A DNA stretch of 64,000 bases from Arcobacteraceae bacterium (GTDB taxonomy: Bacteria > Campylobacterota > Campylobacteria > Campylobacterales > Arcobacteraceae), in NCBI GenBank assembly GCA_048268245.1, contig JBLWVX010000004.1, positions 1 to 64,000 on the forward strand. Reading direction: 5' to 3'. Below the pieces are notes generated by a model that did no database searches, was not told the DNA's origin, and saw only the letters and a program-made list of their open reading frames with translations. A program made the position numbers and the translations under genes. The first letter of the stretch is position 1. Every line of letters begins with the position of its first letter. Positions 42,185 through 50,434 of the stretch are shown one piece after another.

Positions 42185-43701
42185 TGGATGGTATATTTCA
42201 AGGGGTAAGTACTGCCCTTTCAGGTTACAATATTTTTATGGTAGCAATTGGTTGTTTTGCAGGTACTTTTATTGGAATGCTTCCAGGTTTAGGACCTATT
42301 TCAGCTATTGCACTTATGATTCCTATCACTTATGGTATGGATCCAGCTTCTGGACTTATTTTAATTGCAGGTGTTTATTATGGTGCTATTTTTGGTGGTT
42401 CAACTTCATCAATTTTAATCAATGCCCCAGGTGTTGCAGGAACTGTTGCTAGTTCATTTGATGGTTATCCAATGGCTAAAAAAGGTCAAGCAGGTAAAGC
42501 CTTAGCAATTGCTGCTTATGCTTCTTTTACAGGTGGAACAATCGCTGCTGTATTTTTACTTATAGCAGCCCCAGCACTAGCAAGTGTAAGTTTAAGTTTC
42601 CAGTCATCTGATTACTTTGCTTTAATGGTATTAGGCTTAACTGCTGTTGCTGCTTTTGCAGGAAAAGGAAAGTTTTTAAAAGCTGCCATTATGACAATAT
42701 TTGGTCTTATGTTGGCAACTGTTGGAACAGATAGTGATTCAGGTATTGCTAGATTTACTTTTGGTAGATTAGATTTAATTGATGGTATTTCATTTTTACT
42801 TTTAGCTATGGCAGCCTTTGCTTTATCAGAAGCACTTATGAATGTACTTGAGAATAAAGAACCTAGTGATAAAGAAAAAGAAGAACTTAAAAAAGATATA
42901 GGCTCATTAAAACTTACAAAATCAGAAGTTAAGGAGATGGTTCCAACTGTTGGTAGATCTTCTGTTCTTGGTTTCTTTGTTGGAGTTCTTCCAGGAGCAG
43001 GTGCTACTATTGCTTCTTTTTTAGCTTATGGAATGGAAAGAAGTTTTGCAAAAGCAAAAGAAAAACTTACATTTGGAAAAGGAAATATAAAAGGTTTAGC
43101 AGCTCCTGAAAGTGCAAATAATGCTGCTTGTTCAGGTTCATTTGTACCTTTATTAACTTTAGGTATACCAGGGTCTGGTACAACTGCTATTATTTTAGGT
43201 GCGTTAATCTCTTATGGAATTCAACCAGGACCTACAATGTATGTGGATAACCCTGCCCTATTTTGGTCAGTAATTATCTCTATGTATATTGGAAATATTG
43301 TTCTTTTAATTTTAAATTTACCGTTAATTCCTTATATCGCTAAGTTATTAACATTACCAAGACAGCTGTTGTTACCACTTATTATATTCTTCTCATTAAT
43401 TGGGGTTTATTTAGTGACATTTAACAACTTTGATATTTATATGATGACTATCTTTGCTGTTGTTGCATTGTTTTTAAGACTTATTGATTACCCTATGGCA
43501 CCTATGATTTTAGGATTTATTTTAGGTGGAATGATGGAAGATAATCTTAGACGTGCACTTACTATTAGTGATGGTTCATTATCATTTTTATGGGAGAGAC
43601 CTATTACTTTAAGTATTTTGATAATTACTGTTTTAATTTTATTTATGCCAGTAATTAGTGAGTTTTTCGCTAAAATAAAAGAAAAAAGAAAAGAGGCTTA
43701 G
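42181..43701 (+). CDS. tctA: TTT large permease
   Basis: GMLPGLG, YGAIFGGS, DGYPMA, PESANNA, LTLGIPGS. Confidence 0.95.
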   Translation: MMDGIFQGVSTALSGYNIFMVAIGCFAGTFIGMLPGLGPISAIALMIPITYGMDPASGLILIAGVYYGAIFGGSTSSILINAPGVAGTVASSFDGYPMAKKGQAGKALAIAAYASFTGGTIAAVFLLIAAPALASVSLSFQSSDYFALMVLGLTAVAAFAGKGKFLKAAIMTIFGLMLATVGTDSDSGIARFTFGRLDLIDGISFLLLAMAAFALSEALMNVLENKEPSDKEKEELKKDIGSLKLTKSEVKEMVPTVGRSSVLGFFVGVLPGAGATIASFLAYGMERSFAKAKEKLTFGKGNIKGLAAPESANNAACSGSFVPLLTLGIPGSGTTAIILGALISYGIQPGPTMYVDNPALFWSVIISMYIGNIVLLILNLPLIPYIAKLLTLPRQLLLPLIIFFSLIGVYLVTFNNFDIYMMTIFAVVALFLRLIDYPMAPMILGFILGGMMEDNLRRALTISDGSLSFLWERPITLSILIITVLILFMPVISEFFAKIKEKRKEA

Positions 43702-43729
43702 AAGCTTCTTTTCTTTACATGGATTTATC

Positions 43730-44416
43730 ATGGAAAAGTTTAAAGAATACACAATACTATATATTGAAGATGATGAAGGTGTTCGAACTGTAAACTCAAG
43801 ATTTTTAACTCGAATGTTTTATAAACTTTATGAAGCAAAAAATGGAGAAGAAGGTTTTGAACTTTATAAAAAACATCAACCAGATATAATTCTAACAGAT
43901 ATAAATATGCCAAAACTAAATGGCATAGAACTTGCAAAAAAAATAAGAAAAACAGATAAGAATACAAAAATCATAATCTCTACAGCCTTTAGTGATAAAG
44001 ACTATTTATTGGAAGCTATTGAGCTTAGTCTAGAAAAATATATAATCAAACCACTCACAAGTAGAAACTTACTTCCGGCTCTTACAAAAGCAGTAGAAGC
44101 TTTAGAAAAAACAAAAGAAAAAAAGATATATCTTGATGAAAACTTCTACTTTGATAATACAACATCACTTTTTTATATGGATGATAAAGTTCTTAATTTA
44201 ACAAAAAAAGAGCTACTATTTTTAAAGCTTTTAGTTACAAACAAAAATAGAGTTGTAAACTATGAGGAGATTGAACAGTATGTTTGGGAAGATGAACCTA
44301 TGAGTTTAAATTCACTTCGTACTAGTATTGGATTTTTGAGGAAAAAGATTCCTTTTAATTGTATAAAAAACATATCAAATATGGGGTATAAACTAAATCT
44401 TGAAAAAAAACTATGA
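43730..44416 (+). CDS. OmpR-type response regulator
   Basis: YIEDD, TDINMP, STAFSD, YIIKP, winged helix with GY. Confidence 0.92.
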   Translation: MEKFKEYTILYIEDDEGVRTVNSRFLTRMFYKLYEAKNGEEGFELYKKHQPDIILTDINMPKLNGIELAKKIRKTDKNTKIIISTAFSDKDYLLEAIELSLEKYIIKPLTSRNLLPALTKAVEALEKTKEKKIYLDENFYFDNTTSLFYMDDKVLNLTKKELLFLKLLVTNKNRVVNYEEIEQYVWEDEPMSLNSLRTSIGFLRKKIPFNCIKNISNMGYKLNLEKKL

Positions 44417-46565
44417 GGAAAATGTAGAACAAAGAATCAAAAAAATCACGCTTCTTAGTTCTACTATTATCATATTACTTGTTGCTACTATTATAGGCTC
44501 AAATCTAATAAAAACAGAATATGACAACTTTAAAAGTCATATCAAAAACTTCAAAGACACTATAATAGATAGAGAGAAGTTCTACATAAAGACTGCCATA
44601 GAAAATTTAAGAAATGATATTGAGTTTGAGAGACTTTCTATTTTAAATAGTAAAAAACAAAGAATTAAAAATCAATCTATTATTGCCCATAACCTTGCCA
44701 CTTCTCTTTATGAAAACTCAAAAAACCTATCCAGAGAAGAACAAAAAAAGTTGATTATCTCTTCTATTAGACAAATATCTCAAAAACAAAATGACATTCA
44801 CTATTTTATCTATGATATAAATGGAAATTTACTTTTAAATACTGAAAACCCAAGAAATGAAGGAGTGAATTTTTTAGATTTTGAAGATATAAACGGTGTA
44901 AGGTTTATAAATGAGATGATTAATGCAAAGGAAAATAAACAAAACTATGTTGAATATTTTTGGTACAAACCAAACAAAAGAATCACTTATTCAAGACATA
45001 TAAAAGAGCTTGGTCTTATTATAGGTTCTGCTTCTTTTTTAGAGAGTAGAAAAGAGGAATTAAAAGAAAAACTTTTAAAAAAAATAATACTTCAAAACTT
45101 TAATGAAGAAGAGTTTTTATTTATATACAAGCTAAATAGCTTAAATAATATCACCACTAAAAGTAATTTACTTATTGAAAAAAATATACAAACCTCAAAA
45201 GATGAGCTTCAAGCAGTTGAAAAACTAATGATAAAATCAGACTACAAAGGAAATGACTACCTCATCTATGATAACAATCAAAAAGTTTTTTATGGAACTT
45301 TTCTTACAAATCTTAGATATTTTATGGCTGTGGGAGTTAAACTATCTCAAATCTATAATATCGTAGAAAAAGAAAGAGTAATATCTTTGGATAATATGTA
45401 TAAAAATATCATCAAACTTTTTATTATTATAACTATTATGACTATAGTATTTTTTATTTTTTCAATATACTTTACAAAAAAGATTGAACAGCTTTTTGAG
45501 AAATACAAAAGAAAAGTAATAAGAAATGAACAAAGATTTAGACTTCTTTTTAACCACACAAATGATGCTTTTATCATTTCAGAGTTATCAAAAGATTCTG
45601 CAAAAGTATCAAGCTTCAATGATACAGCACTTGAAGTTACTAAATATGAAAAAGATGAACTAGTAAATAAAGAGTTCTTTGAACTATTTGTAAATCTTGA
45701 TATGAAAGCCCTTGAAGAAGATAAATCACTATTTAAAACAGTAGAGCTTAAAACAAAAAAAGGAGATATAAAAACCATAGAATTAAATATCATCATATAC
45801 TCATATGACAATGAAAACCTTCTTTTCGCATCACTTCGAGATATAACTGAGAGAACCTTACTTAAAAAAGAGAATGAGAAACAAGAAAACCTACTAATTC
45901 AGCGTTCAAAAATGGCAGCTATGGGAGAGATGATAGGGAATATCGCCCATCAATGGAGACAGCCCCTATCTCAAATCTCAGGACTTTTCTTCGATATAGA
46001 ATCTGCATATGACTTTAAAGAGCTTAATAAAAACTATCTTACAAAAAGAGTAGATGAAGCAAACGATATACTTGAATATATGTCAAGAACTATTGATGAC
46101 TTTAGAAACTTCTTTAATCCAAACTCTATAAAAGAAGAGTTTAGTATACAAGAAGCAGTTACAAATGCTCTAAAGATAGTAAACTCAACTCTAAACTATC
46201 ATAATATACAAATAGATATACAAGTAAATCAAGACCTTAAAATAAATGGCTATAAAAATGAATATGCCCAAGCAGTAGTAAATATAATCTCAAATGCAAA
46301 AGATATTTTAATGGAGAGAAAAATACAAGACCCACTAATAAAGATCTATATAAGAGATAAAAACACTCTATGTATAGAAGATAATGCAGGTGGGGTAAAT
46401 AAAGAGATTATAGATAAAATATTTGACCCTTACTTTACTACTAAGTTTGACTATGGAACTGGTATTGGGCTATATATGACAAAACTTATTATAGAAGAGA
46501 AAATGAATGGAACTATAGAAGTTGAAAACTCTGAAAATGGTGCTATTTTTTGTATCGAAGTTTAA
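44400..46565 (+). CDS. Cache/PAS sensor histidine kinase
   Basis: Cache-like segment (DINGVRFINEM, YFWYKP), PAS (RDITER), IAHQWRQPL, DNAGG, GTGIGLY. Confidence 0.92.
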   Translation: MKKNYEENVEQRIKKITLLSSTIIILLVATIIGSNLIKTEYDNFKSHIKNFKDTIIDREKFYIKTAIENLRNDIEFERLSILNSKKQRIKNQSIIAHNLATSLYENSKNLSREEQKKLIISSIRQISQKQNDIHYFIYDINGNLLLNTENPRNEGVNFLDFEDINGVRFINEMINAKENKQNYVEYFWYKPNKRITYSRHIKELGLIIGSASFLESRKEELKEKLLKKIILQNFNEEEFLFIYKLNSLNNITTKSNLLIEKNIQTSKDELQAVEKLMIKSDYKGNDYLIYDNNQKVFYGTFLTNLRYFMAVGVKLSQIYNIVEKERVISLDNMYKNIIKLFIIITIMTIVFFIFSIYFTKKIEQLFEKYKRKVIRNEQRFRLLFNHTNDAFIISELSKDSAKVSSFNDTALEVTKYEKDELVNKEFFELFVNLDMKALEEDKSLFKTVELKTKKGDIKTIELNIIIYSYDNENLLFASLRDITERTLLKKENEKQENLLIQRSKMAAMGEMIGNIAHQWRQPLSQISGLFFDIESAYDFKELNKNYLTKRVDEANDILEYMSRTIDDFRNFFNPNSIKEEFSIQEAVTNALKIVNSTLNYHNIQIDIQVNQDLKINGYKNEYAQAVVNIISNAKDILMERKIQDPLIKIYIRDKNTLCIEDNAGGVNKEIIDKIFDPYFTTKFDYGTGIGLYMTKLIIEEKMNGTIEVENSENGAIFCIEV

Positions 46566-46620
46566 ATTTGATTTTTCTTACATTTTATTTTATTACTATT
46601 ACTTTATGAGTATTATAGAA

Positions 46621-46726
46621 GAGTAAGTATTTAACCTAATACCTCCAAATATACCTATCCTGTGACTAGGAATAAATACTTCAACCCATTTTTTTTGCTT
46701 CCTCCTTTTGGGAATTGAAGTTTTTA
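46621..46726 (+). ncRNA. Candidate two-hairpin sRNA with CCUCC-containing loops
   Basis: TATTAT -10 at 46611-46616; stem 1 AAGTATTTA..CCTA/TAGG..TAAATACTT with ACCTCC in the loop; stem 2 TTCAA-CCCA/TGGG-TTGAA with CTTCCTCCTTT in the loop, then T run. Confidence 0.5.
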
Positions 46727-46770
46727 TTTACTACAATTTCTATAATACTTTTATCTACAATAGGAACAGC

Positions 46771-47814
46771 ATGCCAAACTCACATAATTTATATAAGATG
46801 TTATTAGCTTTAGGAATTAGTGTTTGTGGTTCTATTGTATTTATTTATTTGGGTTTACCTTTGCCTTGGCTTTTAGGAGCTATCTTTGCTTCTTCTGTTG
46901 CTATGAGGTTTGAAAAACTTCCTATATTAAGCCCTAAGCCTTTTTCTACTCCTGCTAGAATACTTATAGGTCTTACTATAGGAAGTGCTTTTACTCCTGA
47001 GATATTGCAGTATATTGATGTATATTTTTATAGTTTACTTCTTGTGATACCTTTTACTATTTTAACTATTATTTGTGGGATGTATTACTATTATAGATTT
47101 CAAGGTTTTGATAAAAAGACTGCTTATCTAAGCTCCATGCCAGGTGGTGTAATAGAGATGGTAATCATAGCTGAAGAGATAAAAGCAAATATCTCAAAAA
47201 TCACTTTGGTTCAATCATCAAGGCTTTTCTTTATAGTAGTTACTTTACCTTTTGTAATACAGTATATCTTCAAAGTAGATATAAGTGGAAATAAGCTAAT
47301 CACACAACCAATAACTACTATAAATATCCCTGAGTTTTTAGCTTTGGTTTTTATAGGTGTAGCAGGTGGAGTAATAGCTAAAAAGATAAAACTATCAGCT
47401 GCATATCTAATAGGCCCTATGATAGCAAGTATAGCTGTTCACTCTACAGGAGTTATCACAACAACAGTACCTGATGAGTTTTTGAAGTTTGTACAAGTAG
47501 TATTTGGTACAATCATAGGGTTTACTTTTAGAGGTGTAAAGATGAAGACTATCATCTCAATACTAATAGGAACTTTTGGACATTTTATCATACTAGCTTT
47601 AATATCAAGTATCTTTATTAGTATCGCTTACTTTAGTTTTGGTTTTCCTATCATCTCTACAATCCTAGCATTTAGTCCAGGTGGACAAGCCGAACTAAAC
47701 CTAATAGCAATACTAGTAGGTGCAAATGTACCTTATATAACCCTACACCATATAGTAAGACTTTTTATAGTGATGAATATAGCACCTATTTTTGCTAAGA
47801 GGTTGAAAGATTAG
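46771..47814 (+). CDS. abrB: AbrB-family membrane protein (AbrB duplication)
   Basis: LPLPWLLG, SSMPGGVIEM, AFSPGGQAE, HHIVR; ATG at 46771 after AGGA. Confidence 0.88.
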   Translation: MPNSHNLYKMLLALGISVCGSIVFIYLGLPLPWLLGAIFASSVAMRFEKLPILSPKPFSTPARILIGLTIGSAFTPEILQYIDVYFYSLLLVIPFTILTIICGMYYYYRFQGFDKKTAYLSSMPGGVIEMVIIAEEIKANISKITLVQSSRLFFIVVTLPFVIQYIFKVDISGNKLITQPITTINIPEFLALVFIGVAGGVIAKKIKLSAAYLIGPMIASIAVHSTGVITTTVPDEFLKFVQVVFGTIIGFTFRGVKMKTIISILIGTFGHFIILALISSIFISIAYFSFGFPIISTILAFSPGGQAELNLIAILVGANVPYITLHHIVRLFIVMNIAPIFAKRLKD

Positions 47815-47818
47815 ATTG

Positions 47819-48814
47819 TCATTTATTTATTTGGTAGTTAACTCTTTTTAATCTCTCTTTATATTTTTCTAAATAGAATACTTTACCTTCATCCGACAAA
47901 AAGGAAGCATTTATCAAATCTTCTACTTTAGTTATACTTGAATTTAGTTGAGTTAGGATTTTGTTAAATCTTTTTTCACTTATACCTAGATAAGTAGCAA
48001 ACAATTTAAAATCATAAAAAGTATAATATCCAACTTGTTCAAAAACATCTGAATAATCATCAAGCAAAGCTAATGCAGTATCTCCATATTTTTCATTTAC
48101 ATGAAATCTTGTATTTAACAAATCATAATTTGGAGTCAATCTATAATCAACACTATCTGGCAAACTATACAATGAAAAGTTCTTTAAATGAGCATCGCCA
48201 TTAGCTATGAGATAGTTAAGTAATATTCTTTTAAAAAAATCTTCTAATGTAACTATTGATGCAGGAACATTAAGCTTTATTGCATTTGCACAATCTAAAT
48301 AAGTTTTAGCTTCATATTTATAATCAGCACCATCTTTTGCAGAATTTACATCTAATATTGATGCAAAATCTTCTTGATCATATTTCGTCCCATCTTTTGT
48401 ATAATCGAACCTTTTTGTTATATATGCAAGTTCACCATCTCTAAAAGGTATAACTGCACAATTTGCAGTATCTATCTTAAAAATCTTTTTTGATATTAAC
48501 ATTGAAAGATGTTCATTTACAGCTACATCTTCTTGGTTTTTTATTTGATGACTCATAGGACCTGGTTTTAAAATATAACTTCCATTTGTAGCAGTTACTT
48601 TTAGTCTATTATCATTGAAAGTTAATGAAAGTTTATCTTGTACACCAGAAATTGACATTCTATGAGCTAATTCATTTCTTTGTATATAAAAATCTTTTTT
48701 ATCAAAATCTAATGGCTCAGGTATAACTCCTCCAAAGACCTCATCGATACATTTTTTACAATAAAATTGACTTTTTAGTTTTTTTTCTTCTAAGCAAGCA
48801 TAACATTTAGGCAT
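47819..48814 (-). CDS. hipT: HipA-family Ser/Thr kinase toxin (HipT-like, no HipA N-domain)
   Basis: SISGVQDK loop, YITKRFD, QEDF, NGDAHLKNFS, PNYDL; N-terminal CxxC...CxxC. Confidence 0.85.
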   Translation of the reverse strand: MPKCYACLEEKKLKSQFYCKKCIDEVFGGVIPEPLDFDKKDFYIQRNELAHRMSISGVQDKLSLTFNDNRLKVTATNGSYILKPGPMSHQIKNQEDVAVNEHLSMLISKKIFKIDTANCAVIPFRDGELAYITKRFDYTKDGTKYDQEDFASILDVNSAKDGADYKYEAKTYLDCANAIKLNVPASIVTLEDFFKRILLNYLIANGDAHLKNFSLYSLPDSVDYRLTPNYDLLNTRFHVNEKYGDTALALLDDYSDVFEQVGYYTFYDFKLFATYLGISEKRFNKILTQLNSSITKVEDLINASFLSDEGKVFYLEKYKERLKRVNYQINK

Positions 48815-49148
48815 TGTCTGTTCCTTTTATTACTTCTTTTATAGTAATTGAACCTATGGTATTTTCTTTTGCTGTTTTTAATAATCTACTAAAATCATCA
48901 TCTTTATCTAATCTTAACTGTTTACATTGAAGATCTTTCATATCACCCTCACAAAGCATATTTGAGAAAAAAGAGAATAAATAATCAGATACATACTCTT
49001 CTTCACGCAATTTTAGGTTTATACTTATAGATTTTGCATTATCACTGTTTAGATAACTCTTATCATATTTAAAATAGTATTTATTATCTTTATCTCTTTT
49101 TATAAGACCTACGAATTTATTATTGCGATACACTTTTCCTATTTGCAT
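48807..49148 (-). CDS. hipS: Stand-alone HipA N-terminal domain protein (HipS-like)
   Basis: YYFKYDKSYL, ISINL, LFSFFSNMLCEG, TIGSITI. Confidence 0.82.
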   Translation of the reverse strand: MQIGKVYRNNKFVGLIKRDKDNKYYFKYDKSYLNSDNAKSISINLKLREEEYVSDYLFSFFSNMLCEGDMKDLQCKQLRLDKDDDFSRLLKTAKENTIGSITIKEVIKGTDNA

Positions 49149-49360
49149 TAGTTAGTCCTTTTTATGATAACTAAATCGAGTGTTAATCCAAGAGGAATTA
49201 GAAGTTTTTCAACAGTCTTGATAGTTGGGTTAGCCTTTCCTGTTTCAATTCTTGATATTGTTGCTTCTGTTATACCACTGTATTCACTTAAATCTTCAAT
49301 ATTTAGTTTGAGTTCTTTTCTTCTTATTGCGATTTTTTTACCTATATCTTTTAATAACAT
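49148..49360 (-). CDS. hipB: HTH_XRE regulator (HipB-like)
   Basis: RRKELKL, TISRIETGKANPT. Confidence 0.85.
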   Translation of the reverse strand: MLLKDIGKKIAIRRKELKLNIEDLSEYSGITEATISRIETGKANPTIKTVEKLLIPLGLTLDLVIIKRTN

Positions 49361-49373
49361 GACTTTTCCCTAC

Positions 49374-49474
49374 TAAACTTAATAGTAACTTTTATTTTAT
49401 ATTATAATATAATTTATCAGAATTTTTATTTAGATAAACTTAAAAATAGCTTTTATTTTATACTATAATATAAT
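49374..49474. repeat. Two 40-bp direct repeats (36/40 identical, 61-bp period), each with TTATA-N6-TATAA; putative HipB operators
   Basis: 49374-49413 versus 49435-49474 compared base by base. Confidence 0.75.
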
Positions 49475-50434
49475 CTAGATTAAATCCAACTCTTCACTTA
49501 TATCTTTGATTAGTTTTGAAAATGGCTTTTTTGATAGGTCTTCATTTTCTTCTATTAGGTTAAATATATCTTTTTTTATTTGTTGAAAAGGAATACCTGT
49601 TAAGTCTTGTAGCTCTTTTAATCTACTATCAGGATAAAGCTCTGCTTTTTCTATCATGTCATAAACTATATCTTTGTGGGCTTTGTATCTTTCATTTAAT
49701 TTAAAAACTTCTATATACTTTTCATACTCTTTTGAAAACTGCTCTTTCAATCTTATCTCAATATCATCTTTATCTTTTACATGTAAATTTTTACAGTTTT
49801 TATCTAAGTATAATTTGAACTTTACTTTTTCGTGAAATTTAAACTCTTCACTATTTGGAACAATAGTACTTATCATATTTTCACTACCTTTTACTTTTTT
49901 AGAGTTACAAGTGGCACATGAAGGAATAAGATTATAAAAAGACAAGGCTAAATATGGATAAGTTCCCTTATCATAAAAGTGGTCTAACTGAAAAGTAGAA
50001 GTGTATACACCTTTTTGTTTCTCAAAGTTTGTAATAAAATCTTTGTTGCAATAAAAGCAAGTTTTAAAATCAAAGTTATCTGTGAAAAATGGTGTGATTA
50101 CATCAGCTTGAAACTTAGCTTCGTATTTAAATAAATCTTTTACTTTTTTATATAAATTCTTTTTTTTCTTTTCTGTTAATCTAAAAATTTTATTCTCTAT
50201 ATCAGCTACTATATCTTTTAGACTATCACTCTTTGCTAATACAATATCTTCTAAACTGTAAGATTTAAATACATCCTTAAAAGTACCAGTAGTTTTTATA
50301 TATCTTTTATACCTATTTTCTAAAGACTCACCATTTTTACTATTAAACTTACTTTTATTTAAAGATGTGAAATACTCTTTTTTTATATCAAAATCTTTAT
50401 ATTTTAAATAGTTTTCATAATTTAGATTAGTCAT
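49475..50434 (-). CDS. HNH endonuclease, Septu PtuB-like
   Basis: CFYCN...LDHFYDKGTYPYLALSFYNLIPSCATCN; overlaps the ATPase stop. Confidence 0.8.
   Translation of the reverse strand: MTNLNYENYLKYKDFDIKKEYFTSLNKSKFNSKNGESLENRYKRYIKTTGTFKDVFKSYSLEDIVLAKSDSLKDIVADIENKIFRLTEKKKKNLYKKVKDLFKYEAKFQADVITPFFTDNFDFKTCFYCNKDFITNFEKQKGVYTSTFQLDHFYDKGTYPYLALSFYNLIPSCATCNSKKVKGSENMISTIVPNSEEFKFHEKVKFKLYLDKNCKNLHVKDKDDIEIRLKEQFSKEYEKYIEVFKLNERYKAHKDIVYDMIEKAELYPDSRLKELQDLTGIPFQQIKKDIFNLIEENEDLSKKPFSKLIKDISEELDLI

Noticed and set aside
46681..46707. Minus-strand AAGGAGG followed by ATG
   Set aside because: Reads ATG GGT TGA (two codons); better explained as the anti-SD loop of a + strand RNA
46708..46770. 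N-terminal extension of abrB in the ORF track
   Set aside because: Overlaps the hairpin and -10 elements; ATG at 46771 has an SD
44400..47814. Apparent codon-usage shift (many ATA/CTA codons) suggesting foreign origin
   Set aside because: Visual impression only; could reflect low expression and cannot be quantified here
49374..49474. CRISPR-like repeat-spacer
   Set aside because: Only two AT-rich copies with a 21-nt gap and no cas genes
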